A stretch of 62,342 nt of DNA, filler included, from Trypethelium eluteriae (lineage: Eukaryota): the NCBI GenBank assembly GCA_051942245.1. It is 2 parts of 2 records of this genome, joined end to end, with 100 filler letters (N's around TTAATTAATTAA, not from the genome) between each part and the next. Parts side by side here need not be neighbours in the genome. Positions count along the whole stretch, not along the records: positions 1 to 31,150 come from JAVECL010000278.1; 1 more part is not named here. The stretch is one strand, 5' to 3'. Each line of letters begins with the position of its first letter. The stretch's first letter is position 1. This document shows, in pieces, positions 13,093 through 25,905 of this stretch. The position numbers and the translations under genes are program-made. The notes beneath the pieces were generated by a model that saw only the letters and a program-made list of their open reading frames with translations, was not told the DNA's origin and searched no databases.

Positions 13093-14842
13093 ATGGCCGT
13101 CTTAGAAGACGACAATGGTGAAAAGGAGCTCAAGTCCTTGCCCAGTCACGACCTTGAGCAACCTTTAAAACTCGATCGACATGGTCTCCCCCTTGTGCCT
13201 CAGCCCACTGACCATCCCTCCGACCCCCTAAATTGGCCTTATTACCGAAAGGCTTACATTGCCCTTCTTGTTTCTCTCTTCTCCTTCACTTCTCAGTTAA
13301 CCTCAGCGCTCCCTAATCCAGCCTTCAATGTCATAGCTGCTAGTCTAGGGATCAGCGTAACAAGAGCAAGCTACATTACCACCGTATGGATCCTTTTCGG
13401 TGGAGTTACGCCCATGTTCTTGGTTCCCTTGGCAAATGTCTACGGAAGACGGCCATTGTATGTTTTCGGTGCATTGGTCTCGGCGGTATCCGGTGTGGGA
13501 TGCGCAAGGGCGACCACTTATGCAGGTTTGATAACTGGAAGGGTATTCAACGGTATTGCAAGTAGCATTGCATTGGGCTTTGGAGCGGCGACCATCTGTG
13601 ATTTGTTTCCGCAGGGTGAGAGAGGCCTGTGGATTGGGATCTACGCTGTTTCGTACGAACACCCATTCGCCGTCGATGCCTCAGTACGTTGTCCAGAAGC
13701 TAATTTGATCCGAACAGGACTACGAACGGACCTCATGTAAGTCCAATCGCTGGCGGTTATATCACTGAAAATTTAAGTTGGAGGTGGACTTTGTGGATCC
13801 CAGCAATCATCCAAGGGTGCCTGTGGCTTCTCGTCCTCTTCACGCTTCCTGAGACTCTTTTCTCCCGCTCCGACTTCAGCAGGCTGGAGAATGAACGGAG
13901 CTATCTCAGAAGGATGTTCTTCCCAGGAAAAGTCCTCGATCGCCCGATTCGGGTTCGAGATTTCTTCACTGCATTGCGGATGGTGAAATATGCTGCAGTG
14001 CTTTTGCCTTGCATTTACTATATGACCGCAAATACATACGGCTCGACGTTGTTTGCTGTTACTGGCTCCCATATCACCAAGGCCGTTTACAACTTCAACC
14101 CTGGCCAAACTGGTCTGTTCATGGGGGTTCCCCTTACAATCGGCTGTCTGATTGGCGAACTCTTTTCTGGTTGGATTTCCGATCTGCTCATTAACGCATA
14201 TGCCAAACGCCACGGGAGCTATCGAAAGCCTGAGGTACGGCTATGGCTGCTACCGTGGACGATTCTCTTACCCATCGGAACCGCAACTTACGGCTATTGC
14301 ATTCAGCACAAGAAGCCTTGGATCGACTCGGCCATCACTATGGCTGTATCGGGCCTAGGGACCCAAGTTGGGACGACTCTCGTCTACACGTACTGCACGG
14401 ATAGCTATAAGCCGCAGAGTGGAGAGATTGGCGCGATCCTCAACCTTTTCAAGTCTAGTAAGTTGCTCTTGACATATCCCTTCCATTCGGGCACTGCTTG
14501 ATGCATTGGAGGAAAAGAAGAGATCACACTGGTTCCGATGAAGATTTTGTAGCCACTATTCGTTCGATCTCTATCCATCTTTCGAGAGGTGGTTTTATTG
14601 GCTTTTTTGACCAGTTACACCTTGACCGGCAAAGAACAACGTGCTGACATTGGAGGATAGCCTTTGCCTTTACAATCGGTTTCTATGCCCTGCCATTTAG
14701 CGAGAAATCTGGTTACGACGTTGCATTCGCTATTCTGGCTATGATTAATGTGGTTGCAATCTTTCCCCTTGTTTTTATGCTCTTTAATGGAAAGCGAACA
14801 AGAGAAAGACAAGGTCTGCCAAAGGAGCACCAGGATCTGTAA
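13093..14842 (+). CDS. MFS transporter (HOL1-like); 3 exons
   Basis: LVPQPTDHPSDPLNWP, PLANVYGRRP, GRVFNG, DLFPQGERG, WRW, LPETLF, KPEVRL and YCTDSYK. Last exon follows the GTAAGT intron (about 14459-14660) and ends TAA at 14842. Confidence 0.9.
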
Positions 14843-15487
14843 GATATCAAGAATAAAATGTTGTTCCGTTGAAGGCTTTCCGAGGTATTCCAATGATGTA
14901 GCTCTCACGACAAGAAGCTTTAGGTACTGCAGAGCGTATTTTTCAATAATCCGGTGGTATCGACCTATATTCCGCACTATTCTGCATGGATTCTCATCCT
15001 CGAGAGGGCTCTGACTTCAAATCACCTCCGACGCTCAGATCTTATGATCACATCCGGGTCGTGACAAAAAATATGTGCAATTGTTTCGCAGTGTTACAAC
15101 TGGAGGACTCGATGCCTTGATTGTTCGAGCTGCACCGCTCGCCATAGCTTGGACACTTTGACGGGAGCTAGTTCAGTGGAGTATCCCCCAGCCTCACATG
15201 AATCTCAGTCAGCACCTAGCCTTGAGATTGGTTTGATGTTGCAGACTAATTATAGGGAGTCCTGCGATTCAAATCGAGACTATACATAGTCACAAACTAG
15301 TCAGTGAGGTTTTCCGATGCAGTCGCGGTCGGTGATGAAATCACTGGTAGAGTAATCGCCTCGATAGATCACTTGAGTACGGTGTGGCGGGCTTGCAAGC
15401 CAACAGTATTAACACTGTAAGTTCGAAAGCTTGGTACCGGACCGGCTAACCATCGTCGCCAACGCATCCGGATAAAGATAGAGTTCG

Positions 15488-16667
15488 TCAGTCTTCGCCT
15501 GAGATCGTAGATAATGGCCAAGCTAAATGAGGTAACCAGTAATCATCAAGACAGCGAAGGCATTCATCGAACAACGTCCGGGACCAATTCCGCATGTACC
15601 AAACAGAGTCATCATTCATCTTCTCAAGAATGATACAGAAGTGTGCGAAGATGAAAACAGCATCGGCTCTGCGTTGGGCGAGCAGAGCAAAAAAATCCAA
15701 GGGTATTCTTGCGAGGGCTGCTGTGAAGACAGCTTTCGTAGTAGCAGTCCGATCTCCATTAGCCTCATGGGCGAAGAGGTGGCGTAATATTTGGAGTACT
15801 TCCTCATAAGTATCCAAATTCGTATTCTCACTCACTGATCCATTTATTAGGCTTGTAACTCTCTCCAAGTTCTCTTTATAGGGGCTCTCAACGTTATCTG
15901 AAACACCGTTCCAGCAGTCACTCGCGGTACAACTCATGGGTCCTCTTCGAAGTATTTGAGAGTGCGAGTCTCTGATCGAGTACGCTCCTCTAATGAGCAT
16001 TAACCAGTCCGTTTGAGCCGAACTATCTAAAATAGGGGAGAGGAGAAGACGTTGCGGACGTTTCTCGCACGCTAAGGCATATTTGGCAAGCAGTTGAGAG
16101 CTTCCATATAACGCATGGCAGTTTGTCTCATCCATGAATTGTAAGTTAGCACGAAACAGCGGCAAAGCTGCGCTGTAGTGATGGCGTGCAAGGGTGGAAT
16201 AGACCGTGTTTTCGTTTGGCTTCAAATATGCTAGATGTAGAGATGAAACAGCCAAAATGAGGTGTCTGATTGAAGGAGTTAGCATCAAGGAAATGAAAAG
16301 TAAGCGCGGAGCAAACGCACAGAAGGTACGGTTTGGCAAAGCCTTCTATTGGCAATTTGTCGCGCATCATAACCCTGAGGTCGTCAGTGCCACCGATGGT
16401 GAAAGCTGTGGCGCTCGTCCAATGATGGAGCAGCTCCATATCGCGAGTACTAAAACGAATGGTGCTTCGATCCAAGTAGTCAGCTGGAGAGAAGACCGGA
16501 TAACTTGGAAGTACGTGGTGATAGATGCATTTGCGGCCGACCAAAGAGCAGTTTGAGCATGCCGGGCGTACTTCATCGCATTTGACTCGACGTCTCTTGC
16601 ACGTCTCGCAGCCAGTGCGAACCTTGTGATGAGGTACTATCTTCCTTTTGCCGCTATCGCCAGCCAT
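15488..16667 (-). CDS. Zn(II)2Cys6 fungal transcription factor (UPC2/Fungal_trans_2-like); 2 exons
   Basis: HHKVRTGCETCKRRRVKCDEVRPACSNC...C binuclear cluster, DMELLHHW and HLILAVSSLHLAYL; intron 16320-16266. Confidence 0.92.
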
Positions 16668-17444
16668 AGTGGTCCACGTGTTGGATGACCGGTGACGATC
16701 AGCTTCCGTTGTGTTGCAAAAGTCGACAAAAGAAAGATCGAGTCAACCATCTGAGTAGCATGGTAATCAGGAGTGAAAGAAACGAGGTTGAACAATGTCG
16801 GTGATTTCAATACCTGGCCACGGCTGGCCTCGAGCAGCTTTAGTAATGTTTAAGCGACAGATGCTGATACCACCACCTACAGTAGGTAGTCAAGGCATGG
16901 CCCTGGTTCTAGTAGAGATTTGGCATGGGATATGTAATATCGAAGGGCTTATTCGTCTGTGTAATTGGCACGTGAGGTGGGGCCAAACTCCCTCAGATGT
17001 TCCTCCTAGTGTTACAGCCAGGAGGCTGTGACGGCGGCTGACAAGATTGGAGTTGTTGTGCCCTAAAGTGAAGTGCCTAGCCAGACTGAAACGTCACCAC
17101 AGTCTATTCCAGGTCATTCCCACCCTTCAGCCCTTCGCCTCGAAGTCGTACCTTGCAGCTTTCGTCTTGTACCTCTCGCCTCTCGCCTCTCGCTACTGCT
17201 TTTTCATCTCTACTATACCCTGCTCGCGTGCTTCGTCTAGCAACACCGGGGTTGCGACAACCAATTGCTGCCGGGCGGCGGGGTCTCCGACCGGAACTGC
17301 ATCATCTCTGGCGCTTGCTTTGCCTTTCTCTTCGTTGCTGAATGTCTAATCCTCAGTTTGAATCTCCCTCTGTGTACCGAAACTATATAGATTCCTTCGA
17401 CTGAGAGAACCTCACACTGTCCGCCGCTGGGCGGTTCATCGATC

Positions 17445-19210
17445 ATGGCACCGCCGATTCCACAACCATCGCCACACACCCTGCTTAAACGATATACGTC
17501 CGTCGAAAAGCGAGAGTCTTTCTCTCTTCACCATGGTGCTAGATGGACTGAAGATGGCCTCATTCATCCTGCGGGTGCAGTTTCTTCCACTGGCAAGGGC
17601 ATCCTTATCGGCATGCTCTCTGCGTTCGGATCTGCTGCTTTCCTAGCCCTCATCGTGGCCATCGTATACTTCTTCCGACACACCACCCGCGGCCGAATAT
17701 TTTTGGACCGGATAGGCAGGCCAGGAGAATATGATGATGAGCAAGCATTTGCGAAGGAAGAAGCCGATGCTCTGGAGCAAATGGACGATATCCAAACGGC
17801 AGAATATCTTCGGGCGAAAGGTAGGCAGCATGCGCAATCAAGAAGCAATTGTGCTTTATTCATCTTCGCATGTGCCAATGTTTGCTAATTGCTCTCTGTA
17901 TAGCATTTGTGCAAGCCAATCCACCCGAGTCTGTTCAGACCGATATCTCATTATCGCAATTCCTGGCAATCCAAGAGAAGGGCGTTTCGGCTTGGGAGTT
18001 CGAACCCGAGTTAGAAATCGCCAACTGCTTTGTCGAAGCGCGAACAGAGGTCGAGTTCTTCGACTCCGAGTGCAGCGTCCAGAGCAATCTCCCAATACCC
18101 AAACAAAATGAAGTGTACTACTGGGAAGCCAAGATCTACGAGAAGCCTGAAAACACCACAATAGCAGTCGGATTAACGACGAAACCTTACCCCCTCTTTA
18201 GACTCCCGGGCTACCACAAGCAATCTATTTCCTATGTCTCTACAGGCACAAGGTTACACAACCAACCCTTTCCACAATTACTTCCCTCCCGACATCCTAC
18301 CCACTCCTCCCACCCACCATTCGCTCACGGCGATGTCATCGGCTGCGGCTACCGTCCTCGCACCGGCACCGTCTTCTTCACGCGGAACGGCAAAAAGCTC
18401 GAGGACGTCGCGCACGGCCTCAAGACGCAGAACTTCTTCCCCACCATCGGCGCCACCGGCCCTGCAACCGTGCACGTGAACCTTGGCCAGCTCGGGTTCG
18501 TATACATCGAAGCGAACGTCAAGAAATGGGGTCTCGCGCCCATGGTAGGGAGCTTAGCCCCGCCACCGCCCTACGGCAGCGAGGCCGGAAGCATATTACT
18601 AGAAGGTGGGGGCACGCCCAGGCAAGAGAGCACGCAGGATTTCTTTGGGAATGTGACGGTGAATACGGGCAATCTCGCGCCTGCTGGCCAGGGGCTTGGC
18701 CGTATCAGATCGGGAAGCTACGCGCGGACCTCAAGGAATCTTGGCCCCACGAGTCCGGGTCCGCAAAGAAGCCCAACAGATATCTCGTTGGCTCAGTTGA
18801 GCCTGATTGATAGTCGGGAGGGATTTATTCCCGATGAGGCTCAAGATGATGCTGGGGAGGGCAATAGCAATGCTGCAGCAGTTGGCGCCGCTGCAGGTGC
18901 CGCACCTGCCGAGGGTGCAAGTACAGGAACGACGGTGCTGCATCCGAGTGAAGTGGGACTGGGGTTTGAAGGCGTAGAAGCTGATGCACCTCCTGAGTAC
19001 GAGAGCCCTGAGTCGCACAGTGACGAGGATCATGGTGATTTCTACCAGGGAGGACAGGAAGAGCAGAGTCCTCTAATACAGAGGCAGCGGCGGCGGAATG
19101 TTGAAGACACGCCGCCAATACCGAGTTATGAGGCTGCGGTGGGGAATGAACAGGAAGGCTCACCCACTCGGGGCCGGGAGAGAAGTGACACGATCAGGCC
19201 ACGACGATGA
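17445..19210 (+). CDS. SSH4: SSH4/EAR1-like SPRY-domain Rsp5 ubiquitin-ligase adaptor; 2 exons
   Basis: N-terminal TM helix; QEKGVSAWEFEPE; SPRY core (YYWEAKIY, KPYPLFRLPG, GDVIGCGYRP, FFTRNGKKL); KKWGLAP; PY-type motifs PPPY, PPEY, PSY. Intron 17821-17903. Confidence 0.9.
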
Positions 19211-19702
19211 CCAAAAGGACCCGGCAGTCAGCTTGAGAAGATTTTGGTGTCACTTGGGCCGGATGGCTAGCATGTCTTGCATTGGTAAAGCGTTATGATA
19301 TCATTTGTATGAACGAGGAATTTTGGGTACACATGTCATGGAATCGGAAACGCAAGGCTTTTGAGTGGCGCATTATACGGTGAAGAGGAGCGTCGACCTT
19401 TGGGACGCTCGATTTGTGAATTGCGATGGTGGCCGCTGTGGGCGTAGTCCTATATGTTCGTTGAGACACATCGTGTAGTTTAGGAGCGAAGAGACGAAGG
19501 ATATGTATGTTAGTAGTACTAGTTACTCTACACACCTTCTGTCTAGTCAAGAGCTAACCCGGTGAGAGACCTATGCCGTCTTGTGTAGATTGTTCATTTG
19601 GTCCCAGATAACTTCGTCGTGTATTATACAGACATTACAATTGAATCTAGGCTCCACCATCGTACAAAAGTATCAAGCTGGATCTTATCTTGTCTAAGCA
19701 GC

Positions 19703-20872
19703 TTACTCGTCAAGATCCATCTCATCGCCACCCCGCCCCTTCTTTCTCCTCTCTTCCGCTCTCTCCTTTGCACCCTTCAACCACTCATCCCACGTCCCAT
19801 TCTTGACTTTCTCGGCCGCAACTCCCTTCGCCACCTCTCCAATGAGCCCGACAAAATTGTGACGCCTCAGCGCATTCTCCCACGCCCAATTCCGCCTCTT
19901 GGTCCTCTCGCGCTCCAACAGTACCATATCGCCCATCTCCTGCGCTCGCAACCTCAGGTCCCGACAGCAAGCGAGAAGATTGAATCTTATCTCGCTCTCG
20001 CCATACCGTCCTATCCTCCGTTGAATAACCTCAACCACCTGCTTTGCAAACTGCTGACTGTACCAATTTTGGTCCGAGGTTTGGGTGGAAGAAGCGGGAG
20101 GAACAAGGGGACCGTGAGATATGGGGTGTGGTTGCAGACCGTCGAGCTCGTAGAGAGTATTGTTGTGGGGGATATACGCTATGAAATGGTATAGGTCGGA
20201 GTCATTGGGATCCACAGGTGGTCGGAGGGAGGGGTCTAGGGAGAAAGGCGAGGCACGGGCAAAGGAGTTATGAACTTCGCGGATGGTCGGGTCATTGGAA
20301 AGAGCTTCACCACGGAGCTATGTCACTACTGTCAGTGTCCGGGTATCTGTCGCAAGCATTGGTAACAATACCTCCGTAGGAAATCCTTGCGTGAAGTCTT
20401 TGAATAACGTCAACGTCGGTCCAAGTTCAACACCTTCATGGTCTTTATTCAGCAGTACGCTCAGCAACGCTTGTGTCCCGCAGGCGTTTTGAATTGTTTG
20501 AGCGGCGAAGAACATGTTTTCCGGGGCTTCGGAGTCGAACTTGCCATCGCGAGGTGTCGAACTTGGTTTTTCGCCGATGTATTTGAAAAGGAAGATTACG
20601 CCGTACACAGGGCTATCCGAAGGGTATGAGTATTCACAGAAAGTAGGTTAGAAAAGGGCCGATTAACCTAAGCTCCTGTATACTCTCAGCATCCAAGCTC
20701 AACAGCTCTTCAAATTGTACACCCTTGACTCCAAGCTCTTCAATCAGATATGTAAAGACTCCCTAACATCCCCAAACGCCCAGGTCAGTCCCAGAGAGTC
20801 TGGAGATGTAGGCGTTGACGGCAAACAAACCGCGTCCGACTCGATAGTATTCCAGCCGCCTTCTTCAGCCAT
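19703..20872 (-). CDS. UCH37: Ubiquitin C-terminal hydrolase of the UCH37/Uch2 (proteasome-associated) type; multi-exon
   Basis: [37 protein letters not shown], catalytic [22 protein letters not shown] and the C-terminal ULD-type [12 protein letters not shown]. Confidence 0.92.
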
Positions 20873-21284
20873 CGTAGATGTTGCACCAGACGGCTTGTAG
20901 TTTCAGATGCTCAAGAGAGTTAGGGAAAAGCTCCAGGATAGCGGAAGCGAATAACGTTCTCGAAAAACTTTAGGTGAGCTTGGCGGAAAAGAATTGCCGA
21001 CTCTGATCCGAGTGACGTGCCCGCAGTAGCCAAAGACACCTCGGACTTTCTTCGTAATCCTACGGAGTACTCCACACTGTAATCTTTGATTGACATTCAG
21101 CGGACTTGTCGCCTCGTCACGAAGTGTGGTGGCTTGGCGGATCCGCTCTAAGCGTCACCGTAGTTGGGTGAGTCAGGATAAAATCAGAAGCAATTTTCCT
21201 TCACCTTCACCTCTTCGGTCAACCATCTCTGTTCTGCCTTGCTCGATCTCACTTTGGCTACTTTCTTGAATTCTCGTCTTCAAG

Positions 21285-22199
21285 ATGCAAAAGATTGCCA
21301 TACTTGGAGCCAGTGGCTCTCTCGGCCGTGCGGTTCTCAACGGTCTACTATCCGCGGGCTTCACTGTGACAGCACTCCTTCGAGAGTCCTCACAATCCAA
21401 AATTGAGCACCACTCAAATCTGTCCATACTCAGAATACCAGACTCGATCATAGAGTGTCCTATCGATGATCTTGTCAAGGCTGTATCTGGCCAGGAGGCC
21501 CTCGTTATTACTATCGCTGGCAGTCAGGTTCGCGAACAAATGCGACTGGCAGATGCCTGCGAAAGTGCTGGCGTAACACGCATTATTCCTGCTGACTTCG
21601 GGAGTTGTGACAGTGATGATCAAGCAACGGTGGACATTCTGCCTCTCTATTCCGCAAAATACAAAGTCCGTGCCTACCTCCAGGACTTGGCCGAGAAGCC
21701 AGGCTCCAAGCTCACCTGGACGAGTATTATCGGTGGTCACTTCCTGGATCTAGGTTTACAGGGCGATTTGTTGCTATTCAACGTCAAAGGGAGAAAGGTA
21801 GACCTCTTGAACGGAGGCAACATCAGGTTCTCAACTAGCACAATTGATAGATATGGGCTTGCTGTCGCCAGGATCTTACAAAGGCCTGAAGAGACTAAGA
21901 ATAAGATTATCTATGTTCAAAGCGCTTGTGTCAGTCAGAACGAGCTCCTGGCGAGCTTGAAGCGTGCAACGGGGGAACAACAGTGGTCAGTGACTGATCA
22001 CAAATGGAGAGAGAAATTGGACGGGGCCCGCGAGAAAGCGGATCAAGGCGATAGGGACGCAATTGAGGAGGTAGTTGGCGTATGGGGCATAGTGGCTAGC
22101 AATTGGGAAAAGTCACGACAGCTGTCGAATGGGTTGCTGGGCTTGGAGAACGAAGATGTGGATGAAATCGTGAAGAGAAGTGTCTCTGAAATAGAGTAA
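21285..22199 (+). CDS. NmrA-like / isoflavone-reductase-like NAD(P)-binding oxidoreductase; single exon
   Basis: IAILGASGSLG, Q-RLADAC-SAGV-RIIPADFGS, K-VR-YL and LTWTSI motifs in a 304-aa ORF. Confidence 0.88.
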   Translation: MQKIAILGASGSLGRAVLNGLLSAGFTVTALLRESSQSKIEHHSNLSILRIPDSIIECPIDDLVKAVSGQEALVITIAGSQVREQMRLADACESAGVTRIIPADFGSCDSDDQATVDILPLYSAKYKVRAYLQDLAEKPGSKLTWTSIIGGHFLDLGLQGDLLLFNVKGRKVDLLNGGNIRFSTSTIDRYGLAVARILQRPEETKNKIIYVQSACVSQNELLASLKRATGEQQWSVTDHKWREKLDGAREKADQGDRDAIEEVVGVWGIVASNWEKSRQLSNGLLGLENEDVDEIVKRSVSEIE

Positions 22200-22457
22200 C
22201 ATCGTTTCTGAAGTACGTGATGCTGGGGATGAGCATATTATCCACGAGGAACACGATGCTTCCGTGATAATTCATCGCCATGCATTCCAATGAGATACCA
22301 TCCACCAATCATGTAAGTAAGCACCTAAGGTATCCGATGGTTATGCAAAGCAAATCGCACACATTTTAAGGTCTTGTGTTATGTAGGTCCAGTGATCTTG
22401 AAGGTGCATTGAAGATGCATTAAATGCACAACTTCTTACACATAAAGCTAAAGTGGA

Positions 22458-22490
22458 ACGCGTTCGCGTGTCGTTTGCCCCGCGTCGCGT
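22458..22490. promoter_or_regulatory. Cluster of MCB (MluI cell-cycle box)-like elements upstream of PCNA
   Basis: ACGCGT at 22458-22463, TCGCGT at 22464-22469 and CGCGTCGCGT at 22481-22490, about 120-150 nt upstream of the PCNA start. MBF control of PCNA is established in yeasts. Confidence 0.75.
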
Positions 22491-22606
22491 CGTGCTTTGA
22501 CCTCATCATCAAAATATATCTTCGCTCTCTCCAAATCGCCTCCTCTTGCCAATTCTGCCATAATTTCCATTTCAATTGTGAACAACATAGTCTCGGAACC
22601 GCAAAC

Positions 22607-23603
22607 AGTATGTTTTGACAATCAGGAACGAACAAAAATGACTGATTGTGCGACACAGTGTTAGAAGCACGCTTAGAACAAGCAGAACTGCTGAAAAAGG
22701 TATGCGAGCTTCCATCTTCAGTATCTATGTGTGATACTCACATCTCTCAAGGTAGTCGACGCGATCAAAGATCTAGTCCAAGACTGCAATTTCGATTGCA
22801 ATGATTCTGGCGTTGCCCTTCAAGCCATGGACAATTCCCACGTCGCCCTCGTCTCTATGATGCTCAAATCCGAAGCCTTCTCCCCCTTCCGTTGCGACCG
22901 AAACATTGCTCTTGGCATAAACCTCAGCTCTCTCACCAAAGTCTTGCGATGTGCCCAGAACAACGACATTCTCACCGTCAAGGCTGAGGACGCGCCTGAT
23001 GTTGTGAACCTAATGTTCGAGAGCTCGGATAGTGATAGGCTTAGCGAATATGACATTAAGTTGATGGACATCGATCAAGAGCATCTGGGTATTCCAGAGA
23101 CAGAATATGCAGCTACGGTTACGATGCCCTCCCCAGAATTCCAACGCATCTGCAGAGATCTCAGTGCCCTCTCCGAATCAGGTGTGCTTGTCTAATCAAT
23201 TGTGTTTTCTGAATCTCGGACTGACGCAAACTACAGTCTCGATCGAGTGTACAAAGGAAGGCGTCAAGTTCGCTTGCAATGGCGATATTGGCTCTGGCGC
23301 TGTAACTCTCCGAAGCCACTCCGACGTTGAGAACCCCGACCAGAATATCAAGATTGACCTGACGGAGCCTGTCGCCCTCACCTTCTCTCTTAAATACCTT
23401 ACTAATTTCTGTAAAGCCAGTGGCTTGGCAAAGTCGGTCAACATCTGTCTCTCGAATGAGGTCCCTCTCTTGGTAGAGTATGGTCTTGCTGCCAACAGTT
23501 ATCTTCGATTCTATCTTGCGCCAAAGGTGGGTGGCTAGGGTCCTCAACCGCCTCAACCTAGTTATATGCTGATTCAACCTCCTAGATTGGCGACGAAGAG
23601 TAG
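22607..23603 (+). CDS. POL30: Proliferating cell nuclear antigen; exons 22607, 22659-22699, 22752-23181, 23237-23526, 23586-23603
   Basis: Spliced product [30 protein letters not shown]...[12 protein letters not shown]...[13 protein letters not shown]...[14 protein letters not shown]. Confidence 0.98.
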
Positions 23604-23939
23604 ACATGATAGGCGTAGGATGGTATCTGATCGTTCATGGAAGTGTGTCACGGCGGAGTTCGATGTCTGGTATTCGACAGGAGGTTATCTTAGAGTACCC
23701 TAGATGTAACCATGTTCGATTGTGGATAGGGAACAACTAATGGCACGATTTTCCATATCGTCTCAACATACTCTCGTAAAACTTCAGCAAAAGCACCATT
23801 TCATCGGCATATCCAGAAGCGGAGCATATTGTTGCCCATGCTGCCTTGGCTTAAATCGGCATGACAAGTGTCATAGTCTCGATCAAGAAGTTTAAAAGCA
23901 TCGAGCCATGCCTCGACTATATGTAGGTTAGGCGAGAAT

Positions 23940-25158
23940 CTAGAAATTGAGGGCGCTCATGCGCATGTATCGCGTCTTGTGCTTAATCTCCAGTGTTTCC
24001 TCCCCAAAGAAGTTTCGTCGTGATACAAAGCGACATCCTCCAAAACCCTTCAGTACTCTTGCTGTTTTTCTGAGTCCTGCACTTTTAGCAACCCTACCGC
24101 CTCGTGCATGCCCTTGTTCTTCATGCTCGACAAACCATTCTGGAACTCCGACAAACTCGTCGGCTTCCGTTGAATCCCAAATCAGGGGCAAATCCAGGAT
24201 TTCCTCGGTCTGGGTGTCGCTACTCGTATAAATTGTCCCTTTACCGCACCTCACATCTATACCATGCTGTAACAGCGTGGGGATGGCGCGATGATGTATA
24301 TTCGCACCACTCTCAGTCACTAGTACCATTTTCTTGAACGTGTACTGGCACTCCGCTTCACAGCCCCATGGAAAGTCGATCATGTCGACACAGATGTCCT
24401 GACCTTCAGCAGCGACCAATTCCATGGCTACTCTCCAAAGGCCTTCCGCCCGCATCATTTCTAAGACAGCCACAAACCGAGTAACCTGCTTCTCGACGTA
24501 AGCCATGCGTAGTTTGGGTTCATTCTTGGCGCATGATTCATTGCTAGGCCATGGCCAGATAGTCCGTGACCTCGCGAAAGGTGGCATGACTTGTATCCTG
24601 TTGAGCCTTGATCTAGCAACAGGGCCAATGGTAAGGAGGAATCGATAAAGTATCAACCACTCCCAGTCATGCGTGAAGCGAAAGGTATTTTCTGACCAGA
24701 AATACGCAGATCCTAGGTTGTGCTACAGTCAGACAGTGTGTCCTATGTGCGTCACTCATTCCAGTGTTACTACTACCTTCATTGTATGCCTGCGCGCATG
24801 TTGACAGAAGCGCCACACACTTTTGAATCCGGAGATATTTGAGGTCGTCTTGATTTCGATATAGGTTGAGAGGTGCGATAGGTCTTCCCGTTACGCTGCC
24901 ACATGATTGATTGGCCTCGTAAATCGCGAGGGTTTTCGCGTACTCTTGCTCTTGCTTTTCTCGACGGGCCGCCAAGACCGGATCAGCCCTGATGGTGGAT
25001 ATGTCGGCGGTGTAGCTTTCAGGACAAAGGTCGATAGGTTTATGGTAGACGAGAGCATGTTTGTAGATGAGGTTTCGAATTTCTGAAGGAAGACTAAAGA
25101 ATGGAGATTGATACTGTATTTTGTGGTAGGAGCGGAAATTCTTGCGACGAGGAGCCAT
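23940..25158 (-). CDS. Fungal hypothetical protein with F-box-like N-terminal motif (DUF7730-like); 2 exons
   Basis: SPFFSLPSEIRNLIYKHAL; LLSTCAQAYNEG|SAYFWSENTFRF after splicing GTAGTA...CCTAG; FLLTIG motif. Confidence 0.75.
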
Positions 25159-25905
25159 GATCTAAAACCAATATCTGTCCACAAATGTTGAATTCTATTT
25201 TTTCCAGCCGCAGCAGTAATTTCTGAACACACACTAAATGAAGGAAGTAGACAGTAGACGAGAGGGAAGTGATGATTTAAAGCCCTCAACTCCGGATGAC
25301 TCTACTACACGGTCGGAAGTCAGACTCACAGGGCGGTGCTCCGTGCTGTCCAACTCCTCAGTTTCGCTACATTATGTCCAGCATATGAATGGCCAGCTAT
25401 ACCTCGTCCTGTGCAAGAGAGACACCACCGAAGATACTATGTCCGGACCAGGTGCTGTAGTGCAAGACGTTGAGGTGACTCAATACAAAGGAACCATTGC
25501 ATCTAGCTTGCCTTTACTCTTGACATTTGCGATACTGATGCAAGTTGGATACTTTGAATTCCATGCCGGTTGACATCGATCCATAAGATACCCAAGGCCA
25601 GAGTTAGGCATGAAGTCTGTCGTACCACTTGTATTGCGTCCTAAATTGGGGGCAAGGTAGAAACGACGTATCGTGGAGGTGGATCCCTAAGGTACCTGTC
25701 AGCCTGTGCAGAGTACAGTACCTAGGGATCATCGGAGGTTGCGAGCGGCTGACACCAGTTCCTTCTGTTGCGCTGTGGCGTTCTACGCAGTGTGGCACGT
25801 GTGGGCACGCCGTCCCGTCTCCGTCCCATCACCATAAGGTAGGCCCCTCTTCATCAATACTGCCAAACATGACTTCGTCTGCTCTGGCATGCAAGTCTCG
25901 TAGAA

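Noticed and set aside
20975..21140. PACE/Rpn4-like sites upstream of UCH37
   Set aside because: Only partial matches (TGGCGGAAAA, GGTGGCTT); none matches GGTGGCAAA.
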